From positions 416,001 to 480,000 of the forward strand of contig CAWJIM010000024.1 in assembly GCA_963842945.1 (NCBI GenBank): 64,000 nucleotides of DNA, read 5' to 3'. Shown here piece by piece: positions 47,128-56,878 of the stretch (position 1 is its first letter; every line of letters begins with the position of its first letter). The translations under genes and the position numbers were made by a program. The notes beneath the pieces are model-generated. The model saw only the letters and a program-made list of their open reading frames with translations. It ran no database searches and was not told where the DNA came from. The stretch is from an uncultured Gemmatimonadales bacterium (GTDB taxonomy: Bacteria > Gemmatimonadota > Gemmatimonadetes > Gemmatimonadales > GWC2-71-9).

Positions 47128-48129
47128 ATGACGATCAAGCTCGCGGGTCTTTTCCTCCTCCTCGGCGCCGGAACCGCCGAGGCACAAAAAGATTCGGTCT
47201 GGATCCGGAATGGAGACCGGATCACCGGAGAGGTGAAGTCGCTTTCGCGCGGATTGCTCAAGTACTCGACCGACGACCTCGGCACCATCTACATCGAGTG
47301 GGACAAGGTCGACCGGATCAGCACCTCCACCGTCGTGGAAGTCCGGCTGGCCACGGGCCACAAGTTTTACGGGCGCCTGGGGTTGGCTCCCACCGGCCTG
47401 CTGGCCCTCGCGGCCGACACCCTCCGGATCTCAGACATCGTGGGCATGACGCCGATCCAGGGGAAATTCCTGGCTCGGCTGAATGGATATTTCGACCTCG
47501 GGTTCTCCTTCCAGAAAGCCCATGGCGCAGTTCAGCTCTCGACCGGCGGCCGAGTGCAGTACCGGGCTCCGAGCGCGGAGACCACGCTCGATCTCACGGG
47601 CTACATCGAGGATCGGGATGACGCGTCCAAAAGCTCGCGCCTGTCCACTGCACTGACCGAGCGGCTGTTCCTGAGTAGACGATGGAGCACCGGTTTCGTG
47701 GTCGGTTATGACCGAAACGATGAGCTCGATCTGTCGGGGCGGGCACGGCTGGTTGGCTTCGGAACCCGAATACTGGCGCAGTCCAACCATATCGAGTTTC
47801 TGACCAGCGTTGGCATGGTGCTGAATCGGGAGCGGTACTTCACCACCGATTCGACGACAACCGGGGTCGAGGGTTTGCTCGGCGTCGCATTCCGCGCGTT
47901 CCGCTATGACCAGCCCAAGCTCGATGCCTCGTTGACCAGCCAGGCATACCCCAGCTTCGTGGTGCAGGGCCGGGTAAGACTGCAGAGCGATCTACGAGTA
48001 TCCTACGAATTATTGAAGGACTTCATGCTGACCGGTACGCTGTTCGATACCTACGACAGCAAACCGCCGGTGGAGGGCGCTCCGAAGAACGACTACGGCA
48101 CCACGCTCGCGATCACCTGGACCTACTGA
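47128..48129 (+). CDS. DUF481/YdiY-like outer-membrane beta-barrel protein
   Basis: Signal peptide, NGDRITG N-domain, amphipathic strands, terminal aromatic ITWTY. Confidence 0.7.
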   Translation: MTIKLAGLFLLLGAGTAEAQKDSVWIRNGDRITGEVKSLSRGLLKYSTDDLGTIYIEWDKVDRISTSTVVEVRLATGHKFYGRLGLAPTGLLALAADTLRISDIVGMTPIQGKFLARLNGYFDLGFSFQKAHGAVQLSTGGRVQYRAPSAETTLDLTGYIEDRDDASKSSRLSTALTERLFLSRRWSTGFVVGYDRNDELDLSGRARLVGFGTRILAQSNHIEFLTSVGMVLNRERYFTTDSTTTGVEGLLGVAFRAFRYDQPKLDASLTSQAYPSFVVQGRVRLQSDLRVSYELLKDFMLTGTLFDTYDSKPPVEGAPKNDYGTTLAITWTY

Positions 48130-48141
48130 CTTCCGATCAGG

Positions 48142-49161
48142 TCAATGATGGTGTTCCGCGGAGTGATGGTGCCCGGATCCGTTCATCGAAGCAGTCATAG
48201 CACCATGCGTACGCACGTCCTGCAAGTAGACGGAATCTCCCCGAGCGACTGTGGGCCATGCGTCGCCGTCGTCGGGCAGCACGATTCCGCCCAGAGCACC
48301 CATCCCTCCGTCTTCCAGCACCTTCCCCGTCGGATTGTCATACTCGGCGGTGAGCCGATACAGATGATCGGGGCTCAGCCGGACGCCGAGCGGCAGGAAG
48401 TAATGAATGGGCATGCCGACGACCTCGCCCTTGTCGTCGAGTTTGGGGCGGGCCTCCCAGAGCACTTTTCCGGCCGAGATGTCCTCGAGCTTCAGGCCGG
48501 TGCCGTATTCATGCAGGTGGCTTCCAGCGGCGAGCAGCCGTGCCGCGACCGCCGGGCGGCCTTCCCAGCTCCGGGAGGATCGGCCCGGCGGCAAGTCGAA
48601 GGCGTGCCGACCCGCCGGTGGCATCACGTCCAGATACACCGGACGGATCCCGACGGGCCGGAGCCATGACGTGGACGGGGTCAGGCCCAGCCGCACGCGA
48701 ACTTTCACACCGTGGTGCTCTTTAGCGGTCGGATTGTGCAGCATGGCGGTGACCAGGAGACTGTCACCGCGATGGACCGGATAGCCGAGGAACCAGGGAA
48801 GGCCGTAGGGCTTGGTCTCGGATCCCGCCGCACCGATGCGAAGTCTGATCTGGCTGAAGAGCTCCCGCTGCTCCGGCGCAATCAGATTCAGGTGGTGAAG
48901 GGCTCCAGGGAGCTTCTCGCCTCGCTCGTCCACCACGTCGAACGCGATGCTGCGGAGCCAGCCTTCGACCGGCAACGCGAGCGTGAGCGGCCGGGGCTGC
49001 TCCATCTCGTCGTGGCCGGCAGCGGACGGCAGGTGGAAGGGTCCCAGCTCGATAGTGTACTCCTCGGTGGGCCCAGCGGCCGCCGCACCGAGGATGACCG
49101 CCAAAGCAGCGGCCAGGGCGAGCCAGCGCCAGCGCCGGCGAGCAAGGATTTTCCTCACCAT
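48142..49161 (-). CDS. secreted protein with copper-monooxygenase (PHM/DBH)-like motifs
   Basis: Signal peptide, LHHLN, MLHN, GSHLH, YDNPT...GGMG, His-rich C-terminus. Confidence 0.55.
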   Translation of the reverse strand: MVRKILARRRWRWLALAAALAVILGAAAAGPTEEYTIELGPFHLPSAAGHDEMEQPRPLTLALPVEGWLRSIAFDVVDERGEKLPGALHHLNLIAPEQRELFSQIRLRIGAAGSETKPYGLPWFLGYPVHRGDSLLVTAMLHNPTAKEHHGVKVRVRLGLTPSTSWLRPVGIRPVYLDVMPPAGRHAFDLPPGRSSRSWEGRPAVAARLLAAGSHLHEYGTGLKLEDISAGKVLWEARPKLDDKGEVVGMPIHYFLPLGVRLSPDHLYRLTAEYDNPTGKVLEDGGMGALGGIVLPDDGDAWPTVARGDSVYLQDVRTHGAMTASMNGSGHHHSAEHHH

Positions 49162-49171
49162 CCCTGGGCTC

Positions 49172-49380
49172 GCTCCCAGGCCCGCACCCGCTGGCGGCGC
49201 GTCGAACACCTCTCGTAGTTTCCCTTTCGCACTTCCTCGCTAGCCTCGGGCGTGAGTAAAACCCCACAGCGGACGATACATCTCGAAATATTTTCGCGAC
49301 CTCGTCCCAGCTTATATCGAAGTACACGTGGCGCAAGGCCGCGCCCAAATGATAATGGTCTTGGGGTGCCGCCGCAGCAG
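49172..49380 (-). pseudogene. internally deleted remnant of an amidohydrolase homolog
   Basis: Three collinear blocks matching 50337-50454, 50582-50627 and 50739-50776. Confidence 0.8.
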
Positions 49381-49439
49381 GGCTCCTGCGCGACGGCCTG
49401 AGCGTGCCGGCCACCAGCCCGAGAGCTGAAAAAGGTCCG

Positions 49440-50201
49440 CTACCGTGACGACTGTGCCTGCCATTCAAGCTCCTCAGCCAGAATGGGGATACCGAGATTG
49501 CTCGCCTGGATACCCTGGGCGACACAGATCTTGAGCACGTCCATGATCTCCTCTACCGTCGCGCCGAGCTTCAGGGCCGTCTGGATGTGCCGGCGAGTTC
49601 CGGGCGCGTACATGTGCGTAATCGACGCATCGACGGCGATGCTCAGGAATTCCGCCAGCTTAGGCGAGAATACGCCGCTGGTGTAAACCGGGAGGCTGAC
49701 CGCGATGATCGCTTCCGTCCATGCCGGGTCAATCTCGAAGAACGCGTCCCATGCCGGATTCCACTGGCCCCCGGCTTTCATCTTGTCGCAGACCGGCGTG
49801 GCCGCCTGGTTCCGAGTCGGCTTCACACCGGCCGCCTTCGCTTCTTCCAACAGAATCGGCGCGCCCAGGCTGCAGGTATGGATCGACAGCAGAGACGCGA
49901 TCTTGAGGACCATCAGGATCTCGTCGCGGGTCGCGCCGGCCCCGAGTGCGCCGCGAATGTGGCGGCGGGTTCCCTCAGCGCTCAAGTTGGTGCAAGCAGC
50001 ATTCACCGCAATGCTGATCAGCTCCACGTCTTTGCGTGGCAGTACGCCGCTGGTCCACGGGTCTCTGGACATCTCGAGGCATCGATCGACCCATGCCGGT
50101 TCCCATACGCGAAACTGGGCCAGCGCAGAGCTGCCCCAGGGGCCGGTTTCCTCCGTTTGATCGCTTCGTGTTGCCCTCGCGGGAGCCTTCAAGCCGCTCA
50201 T
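49440..50201 (-). CDS. carboxymuconolactone decarboxylase/AhpD-like protein (tandem domains)
   Basis: LPRKDVELISIAVNA...HIRGALGAGAT.DEI repeated as KLAEFLSIAVDA...HIQTALKLGAT.EEI. Confidence 0.82.
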   Translation of the reverse strand: MSGLKAPARATRSDQTEETGPWGSSALAQFRVWEPAWVDRCLEMSRDPWTSGVLPRKDVELISIAVNAACTNLSAEGTRRHIRGALGAGATRDEILMVLKIASLLSIHTCSLGAPILLEEAKAAGVKPTRNQAATPVCDKMKAGGQWNPAWDAFFEIDPAWTEAIIAVSLPVYTSGVFSPKLAEFLSIAVDASITHMYAPGTRRHIQTALKLGATVEEIMDVLKICVAQGIQASNLGIPILAEELEWQAQSSR

Positions 50202-50319
50202 GCGTCGCTCATCGTTAAGTCGGTTATTTGCGCAGCGCGCCGCAATGAACGGCAACCGTGCGAAGCGACCTCTACGGACCACCCTCGCGATCACCTGGAG
50301 CTTTTGACACCTCAGTGCA

Positions 50320-51419
50320 CTAGTACTTCTGCGCCTGCTCCCAGGCCCGCACCCGCTGGCGGGCCGCGTCGAACAGCCGCTCGTAGTTTCCCTTTCGCAC
50401 CTTCTCGCTAGCCTCGGGCGTGAGCAGGGCCCACAGCGGACGATACATCTCGAACACCGCGTAGTACTGGGTCGTGTCTCGCGGCGCCACCACATCCGAG
50501 CCGAACAGGAATCGATCGGGGTAGCGGTCGATCAGTGCGGCTGCGCGGCGTGTGGTCTCTGGCGTCGCCAGGAGATACTTGGCGACCTCGTCCCAGCTTA
50601 TATCGAAGTACACGTGGCGCAAGGCCGGGTCGGAAAGAATTCCCTCCACGATCACGCCCTGATTGGGATTCCGTTCCGTCGACCGGCGCCGAGGCGGAGG
50701 CCTGGATCGGGCGCACCACCCGCCCCAGTCCCATGTGGGCCCAGATGATAGTCGTCTTGGGGTGCCGCCGCAGCAGCGCCTTCATCTGGGTGAGGAAGAC
50801 CGGCTCGGCCCCCGCTTTGGCGAACGGCATGTCCATGTCGTTGTGGATCAGTACGACCAGTCCCACCTCCCCGGCAAAATCGAGAATCCGGTCCAGGGCT
50901 GGATCGGTGAGGCTGGCGACATCGCCCGCGATCTTGGATGAAACGAACTCCTTGTGAATGGTGAATTCGCCGATCCCGGTGAAGACACCGGGAAAGGTCT
51001 TGAGCACCCGGCGGATGTGGTCGGCGGCGTACATGTCGGCGGGGTTGAAGCCCGTGATCATCGGATCGAGCCGGGCGCGCTCCTCCGGCTTGAGCGACCG
51101 GTACGCCATCGCGATGAAGGCGTCGGTGAAGGAGTAGTAGTAGAGCGGAGCGTCGCTCTGCAGATAGTAGGTCGGAGCGTAGTCGCCCGAATTTTCGTGG
51201 GACCAGGTCTGCTGCAAGGGAATGCCGAACAGGGTGGACCGGTGGGCCCGCTTCCCCATGATCCGGAGGAAGTCGCGGACGTCGGTGCCTTCCTGGATGT
51301 AGTTGGTCAGGTGGAAGTGGACGTCGTCGAAGTCATCGCTGCTGCCGCCGGCTGCCGCCTGCGCCGCGAGCAGCCGGGGGACCACGCAGGAGAGCGACGA
51401 GAGAGGCTCGCTGCCACAT
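50320..51419 (-). CDS. secreted amidohydrolase (metal-dependent TIM barrel), frameshifted
   Basis: DVHFH, GIGE, IHND, WAHMG, FLFGSD. Probable start MWQRASLVALL at 51419. Indels near 51385 and 50670. Confidence 0.82.
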
Positions 51420-51432
51420 AGTCGGCTCTCGC

Positions 51433-52785
51433 TCACAGCAGGATATCCGTGCCGATGGAGATGGTCGTGCCGCTCTGGCCCGAGGTGTAGAACCCGAAGT
51501 TCGATGCCGCCGGGCTCTTCTCCACCTTTATGAGGTGCAGGTTCAGCCGCCAGCTGCGAGTCCGGCTGGGATAAACGCTCGCGCCACCGGAAACCTCCCA
51601 GGGCTGACGGTCGAAGTCGTCGAATACGTGGCCGTAGGTGAGGTACACCCCCACCAGGCGCGGCACCACCATGTGCATTCCCTGGACCTGAAATCCCTTA
51701 TCTACGATAGACTCCAGCGCGAAGGGACCGGTGGTCGCCAGAAAGTCGGAGAGCTTGCGCACGTAGAACTCGCTCTGGAAGGAGAAGCCGCGATACTTGA
51801 AGCCGGCATCGAGGGCGAGCTCGTCGTAAGTCAGCTTATCCACCGTTACCCCGAGGGCGAGAGCGTCGGCATCGAACGGATTGATTCCATCGGAGAGCTT
51901 GATCTGGGTGGCGTTGGGCGGCGCGGTCTCCGACGCATAACGCGATTCACGGCTGTGAGCGGCCGATGCGCCGAATTGCGTGGCCAGCTTGCTGTGGTAC
52001 TCGAAGTCGCCCAGTCCATTCCGGGCTCCAAACTCGCCCGTGCTCGGCCTCCAGACGACGCTCGCGCTGTACGCCATGTCGCGGGTGTCGTTGGCGGCGG
52101 TGGTACCGAGCTGGCTGATGTTGGTGTTGACCGAGGCCGTGTACCAAAAGCGGTCGATCGGCTGCCCGGTGACGAAAACGCCGGAGGAGAACCCGCCGCG
52201 AAAGAAGTCCTCGGCCATCTGCCGGTCGCTGGAGCCCCAGAAAGGCCAGGAGCCCTGCATCGAGCGCGCGGTGAGATTGGGTGCGATCCCGACTCCAATG
52301 CCGATGGCCTTGTTGAACCGGTAGTTCAGGTTCCCGAACAGCAGGGTCTGCTGCGTGGTGGGCAGCGACCAGAGCGAGATGTTGTAGCGGAACTTGGGGT
52401 CGTAGAAGAACCCGGTGAGCCAGACGAAGGTCCGGTGCCAGTTGAGGTCGTTGCGTGCCTTGACCGCGCGCTCCCGGCCCAGATGGTCCGTGAAGGTCTG
52501 ACCTTCCGACATCTGATTCATGTAGCGGAACACCGCGTAGAAGCTGACGTTGAGGCTGGCGATCTTGGTCTTGGCGATGTCGAAGCCTTTGGCCGGGGTA
52601 AACTCGCCCGCGATGTTGTTGGGAAAGGTTACATCCGATATGGCGGTGGTGTCGTTGGGCTCGCGGCCCGCCTCGTCCTGGGCCAGCGCCCCAGCGGGGA
52701 GGATCGCGATCGCAACCAGACCAGCAATGAGTACCGCACCTGCGGTGCACAGCCAGTTGTGCCGTGCCGTGGTCGCTGGGCGCAT
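51433..52785 (-). CDS. putative outer-membrane porin-like beta-barrel
   Basis: Signal peptide ending ALAQ; aromatic alternating strands throughout. Confidence 0.6.
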   Translation of the reverse strand: MRPATTARHNWLCTAGAVLIAGLVAIAILPAGALAQDEAGREPNDTTAISDVTFPNNIAGEFTPAKGFDIAKTKIASLNVSFYAVFRYMNQMSEGQTFTDHLGRERAVKARNDLNWHRTFVWLTGFFYDPKFRYNISLWSLPTTQQTLLFGNLNYRFNKAIGIGVGIAPNLTARSMQGSWPFWGSSDRQMAEDFFRGGFSSGVFVTGQPIDRFWYTASVNTNISQLGTTAANDTRDMAYSASVVWRPSTGEFGARNGLGDFEYHSKLATQFGASAAHSRESRYASETAPPNATQIKLSDGINPFDADALALGVTVDKLTYDELALDAGFKYRGFSFQSEFYVRKLSDFLATTGPFALESIVDKGFQVQGMHMVVPRLVGVYLTYGHVFDDFDRQPWEVSGGASVYPSRTRSWRLNLHLIKVEKSPAASNFGFYTSGQSGTTISIGTDILL

Positions 52786-52850
52786 CCGCGTTCTCCGTTC
52801 AGGGTTTTAATAGGTCGGCCGATATACAGCTGCGGGTGTTGCCGGCGCGG

Positions 52851-54123
52851 TCAGAACTCCATCTGCAGCCGGCTCTGGAAAAACTGGGTGTTGCCCTTCA
52901 GGGCAAACCGATCGAGCCTGCCGTAACCGTAGATGAGCTCCAGCCGGAGGAAGTCGGCCAGGTGCCAGTTGACCATGGGAGTCAGCCGCCAGAAGGTTCC
53001 GCCCTGCAGGGTCCCGCCATTGAAGTCGCTGTAGGAGAACCGCAGCAGGACCTCCACCGCCCCCGGCCCGCCCTCGAACACCGTTCTCCTCGGTGACACC
53101 TGCCTGAAGTAGCCGCCCACCGTGTTGTAGGAGCGGGTCTCGCCCGTGATCAGCCAGTTGGCGAAGATGTCGCCGCCGTGAAAGACGGGGTCGCCGGTTT
53201 CCGGTGAGCTGGCCTTCTCCCAGTAATACTCGGTGCCGAACAGCCAGGGACCCGGGCGGTAGTACGCCTCGAATCCCAGAGAGCGTCGCCGACGTCGAGT
53301 GGAACTTGCCGGTGTCGATGAAGCTGGGCGCGTCGCTGGCTTCCGGCTTGGCCTTGAGCTGCAGGGTGTCGTTTTCCGGCTTGCCGATATGGAACGACGC
53401 CCCGATGTGAATCAGCTTACCGGCGCTGTCGGAGACCATCGGCACCCAGGCGAGACGGCCAGCGACCGCCTGATGGAAGTAGGAGAAGCTCTCGTCTTTG
53501 GACAGCCAGTCGGTGAACACGCCGAGGTTCCAGATCAGGTGTCGATTGGGCAGATAACCCAGCCACTTGATGCCGTCGGACAGGAGCGGGATTGCGTCGG
53601 AGAAGGTGAACCGCTCGGCGGTCCAGCCGTCGTATCCGGTCATCACCTTATTGAGACTGGGCCCCTCCTTGCTGCGCCCGATCCAGAAGTTTCCCCAGAG
53701 CTCCGGGACTCCCAGCATCAATCCCGTCTGGCGGACGAACCACTCGTCGACGTAGCCGTCGTACATGAACCCGGCCTGGTAGGTGAGCCGCCGCTTGGTC
53801 TTGATCCGTCCGCTGATGAGCAGGCGTGAGTCGCGGATCTTGAACCCGGGCTCGAGGTCCAACTGTTCCTTGGCGGCGGCGTCCTGGCCGTAGGTGGCGT
53901 AGTCCAGCAGGAAGCCGGCGCCGACCCGGAGGGTAAGGAATGGCCCGTCGTATTCGTTCCATTTGACCAGACTACGGCGCGGCGGCTCGGCCTCGGACTC
54001 TCCGGCCGAGATCCCGGTTTCGAGGGTGGTATCGCGAGCGGTTGAATCCGTTTGCTGCGCGCACAGCGATGCGCCCCTCGACCAGGTGAGCGCCAGCAGA
54101 ACCCACGCGAAGGAGGAGCGCAT
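52851..54123 (-). CDS. OprO/OprP-family anion-selective porin (frameshift near 53275)
   Basis: Signal peptide, GRSKEG, ERFTF, RLAWVP, TGETRSY, GAVEVLLRFS, NWHL, terminal RLQMEF. Confidence 0.78.
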
Positions 54124-54138
54124 CGAAGGCTGTTCTGC

Positions 54139-55233
54139 TCAGTACTCGTCGAAGTACCGCTGGATCGTCTTCGGGTCCTTGGTCTTCAGCAGCGCCAGCC
54201 GGAGAAGCACCCGCGCCTTCTGGGGGTTCAGCCCCAGCGAGGCGACAGTGCCCAGGCTGTCGTCGTTCACCTCCACGTTCCGCCCTACCTGGCCGGTGGC
54301 CACCCGGGTCGAGCGCACGCAGACGATCCCCTTCTTGGCCTGGGCGGCCAGGGCATCGAGCGCGCTCTTGGTCATGTTGCCGTTGCCCACACCCGCGATG
54401 ACGATGCCCTTGGCGCCGGACGCGGCCGCCGCGTCGATGATCTTCCCGTCCATGTTCTCGTAGGCCATGATGATGTCCACTCGGGGCAGGACCGTGCTCT
54501 TGTCCACGCTGAACTCCGAGGTCACGGTGTTCTTCCCGACCGGGCCCCGATACCACTCCGGCGTGCCGTAGGCGATGGTGCCGATCAGCCCCGACTGGGG
54601 AGAGAGGAAGGTCTGCACCGCGGTGGTGCTGGTCTTGGTGAGCGAGGCCGCGCCATGGATCCAGTCGTTGACCACCACCAGGACACCGCGTCCAACCGCG
54701 TCCTTGTTGGCCGCGACCGCCACCGCGTTGTAGAAGTTGAGTGGGCCGTCGGCCGAGAGCGCGGTGGATGGGCGCATCGATGCGGTCAGCACCACCGGCT
54801 TCTTCGACTTGATCACGAGGTTCAGGAAGTACGCCGTCTCCTCGATGGTGTCGGTGCCGTGGGTGATGGCCACGCCGGCGACGTCAGGCTGGGCCAGCAG
54901 CTCGTTGATCCGGGTGGCCAGCTTCATCCACACCTGATCGTTCATGTCCTGGGAGCCGATGTTGGAGATCTGCTCGCCCCGCATGTTGGCCAGCTTCTTG
55001 GCCTGCGGTACTGCGTTGAGCAGCTGATCGACCCCCACCTGGCCGCTGGAGTAGCCGGCCTGAACGTCGCTCTCGGCTGCACCGGCTATGGTGCCGCCGG
55101 TGGCGAGCACTACGACGGTCGGCAGGTTTCCCTTGGGCGCCTCCGCGGTCGCCTGGGCGGCCACCGATGCGGTGCCGCCCGCTGCACTGAGCAGCAGGGT
55201 CAGGACGAGGGGAACTGCATTTCGCCGGTACAT
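54139..55233 (-). CDS. ansB: periplasmic type II L-asparaginase/glutaminase-asparaginase
   Basis: Signal peptide, ATGGTIAG, HGTDT, SADGP.N, GVGNGN, LNPQKAR. Confidence 0.92.
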   Translation of the reverse strand: MYRRNAVPLVLTLLLSAAGGTASVAAQATAEAPKGNLPTVVVLATGGTIAGAAESDVQAGYSSGQVGVDQLLNAVPQAKKLANMRGEQISNIGSQDMNDQVWMKLATRINELLAQPDVAGVAITHGTDTIEETAYFLNLVIKSKKPVVLTASMRPSTALSADGPLNFYNAVAVAANKDAVGRGVLVVVNDWIHGAASLTKTSTTAVQTFLSPQSGLIGTIAYGTPEWYRGPVGKNTVTSEFSVDKSTVLPRVDIIMAYENMDGKIIDAAAASGAKGIVIAGVGNGNMTKSALDALAAQAKKGIVCVRSTRVATGQVGRNVEVNDDSLGTVASLGLNPQKARVLLRLALLKTKDPKTIQRYFDEY

Positions 55234-55283
55234 TGAAGCCTCCTATAGCGTGAACAGAAACGGCTTTGACGTGATGACCAGCT

Positions 55284-56853
55284 CTACTTCTTGTGGTATT
55301 GGCTCCGGTCGAGGTTGGTCAGCTTGACCGGGTCCATGATGTCGGCGAGCTGCTTATCGGTCAGAAGCTTCTGCTCCCGGACGATCTCGAGGATGCCCTT
55401 CCCGCTCTTGTAGGCCTCGGCCGCCAGCTCGGTGGTCTTTTCGTAACCCAGCACCGGGTTGAGCGCGGTCACGATGCCCACCGTGGTTTCCATGTAGTGG
55501 TCCAGCACCTTCTTGTTGACCGTGATCCCGTCCACGCAACGGGTGCGGAAGGCTATGGAGGTGTTGTAGAGCAGGTGCTGCGACTCGATCATGGCGACAC
55601 CCTCGACCGGCTCGTAGGCGTTGAGCTGAAGCTGACCGCTGTGGGCGGCGAGGGTCACGGTGTAGTCGTTCCCCATGACCCGGAACGCCACGAGGTTCAC
55701 CAGCTCGGGAATGACGGGATTCACCTTCCCCGGCATGATCGAGGATCCCGGCTGAAGCGCCGGAAGATTGATTTCGGCGAGGCCCGCGCGGGGGCCCGAG
55801 GTGAGCAGGATCAGGTCGCTCGCGATCTTGGACAGCTTGACCGCGACGCTCTTCATCGCCGAGGAGTACACCACGAAGCCCTGCTGGTCCCAGGTGGCCG
55901 ACAGCATGTCCGGGGCGGCCTTGATCGGCTTGCCGGTGAGCTTGGCGAGGTGCGCCGCGGTGCGCTCGGCATAGCCTTTGGGGGCGTTGAGTCCCGTCCC
56001 GATGGCCGTGGCGCCCATGTTCACGGTGTACAGATACTTCTCCGCGTCGCGCAGCAGGGCAATCTCGCCGTCCAGCGAAGACGCAAAGGCGTGAAACTCC
56101 TGCCCCACCGTCATGGGCACCGCATCCTGCAGCTCGGTGCGTCCCATCTTGACGATATTCATGAACTCGTTGCCCTTGGCCCGGAATGAGGCGGCCAGCT
56201 TCTCCAGCTCGGCGATGAGTTTCCCGTTCCGCAGAATCAACGCGATCTTGATGGCGGTCGGATACGAGTCGTTGGTGGACTGAGACTGGTTCAGGTCGTC
56301 ATGCGGCTCGAGAACCTCGTAGTCGCCCTTCTTGTGCCCGGTCAGCTCCAGCCCGACGTTGGCCATCACCTCGTTGGCGTTCATGTTCGTCGAAGTGCCG
56401 GCGCCACCCTGGTACCAGTCCACCGTGAACTGGTCGTGGTACTTGCCCTGCAGCAGCGCATTGGCCGCCTTCTCGATGGCCGCCAGCTTGTCCTTCTTCA
56501 TGGCGCCCACGTCGGTGTTGCCCTGTGCCGCGGCCAGCTTCACGATGGCCCACGCCTCGATGAACCCCGGATAGTGGTTGATCGGCACTCCCGAGATCTG
56601 GAAGTTCTCCAGCGCCCGGGCGGTCTGGACGCCATAGTAGGCGTCGGCCGGGATCTGCCTTCTCTCCCAGGAGGTCCTTCTCCGTGCGGGTGGCTCCGCC
56701 CTGGCTGGCGGGCTGAGCGGTGGGCTGCTGTGGACCCTGTGAGCCCTCGGTCGTTTGCGCAACAGCCGGCGGGGCTTCCCGGGATTTGCACCCCCAGGTG
56801 AGCCCTAATGCCAGGATCGGAGCCAGCAGCGCGCCCTGTTGTGTTCTATTCAC
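55284..56853 (-). CDS. aspA: aspartate ammonia-lyase with N-terminal lipoprotein signal (one extra base near 56658)
   Basis: RTEKDLLG-E-K/QIPADAYYG, GGAGTSTNMN, SQSTND, GSSIMPGKVNP. N-terminus ...LALGLTWGC followed by a Q/P-rich linker. Confidence 0.88.
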
Positions 56854-56878
56854 AGTGACACTCCTTCTTCTTCCGCGG

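Noticed and set aside
48093..50307. Mobile element bounded by direct repeats
   Set aside because: There is no transposase, integrase or terminal inverted repeat; the repeats are diverged gene remnants.
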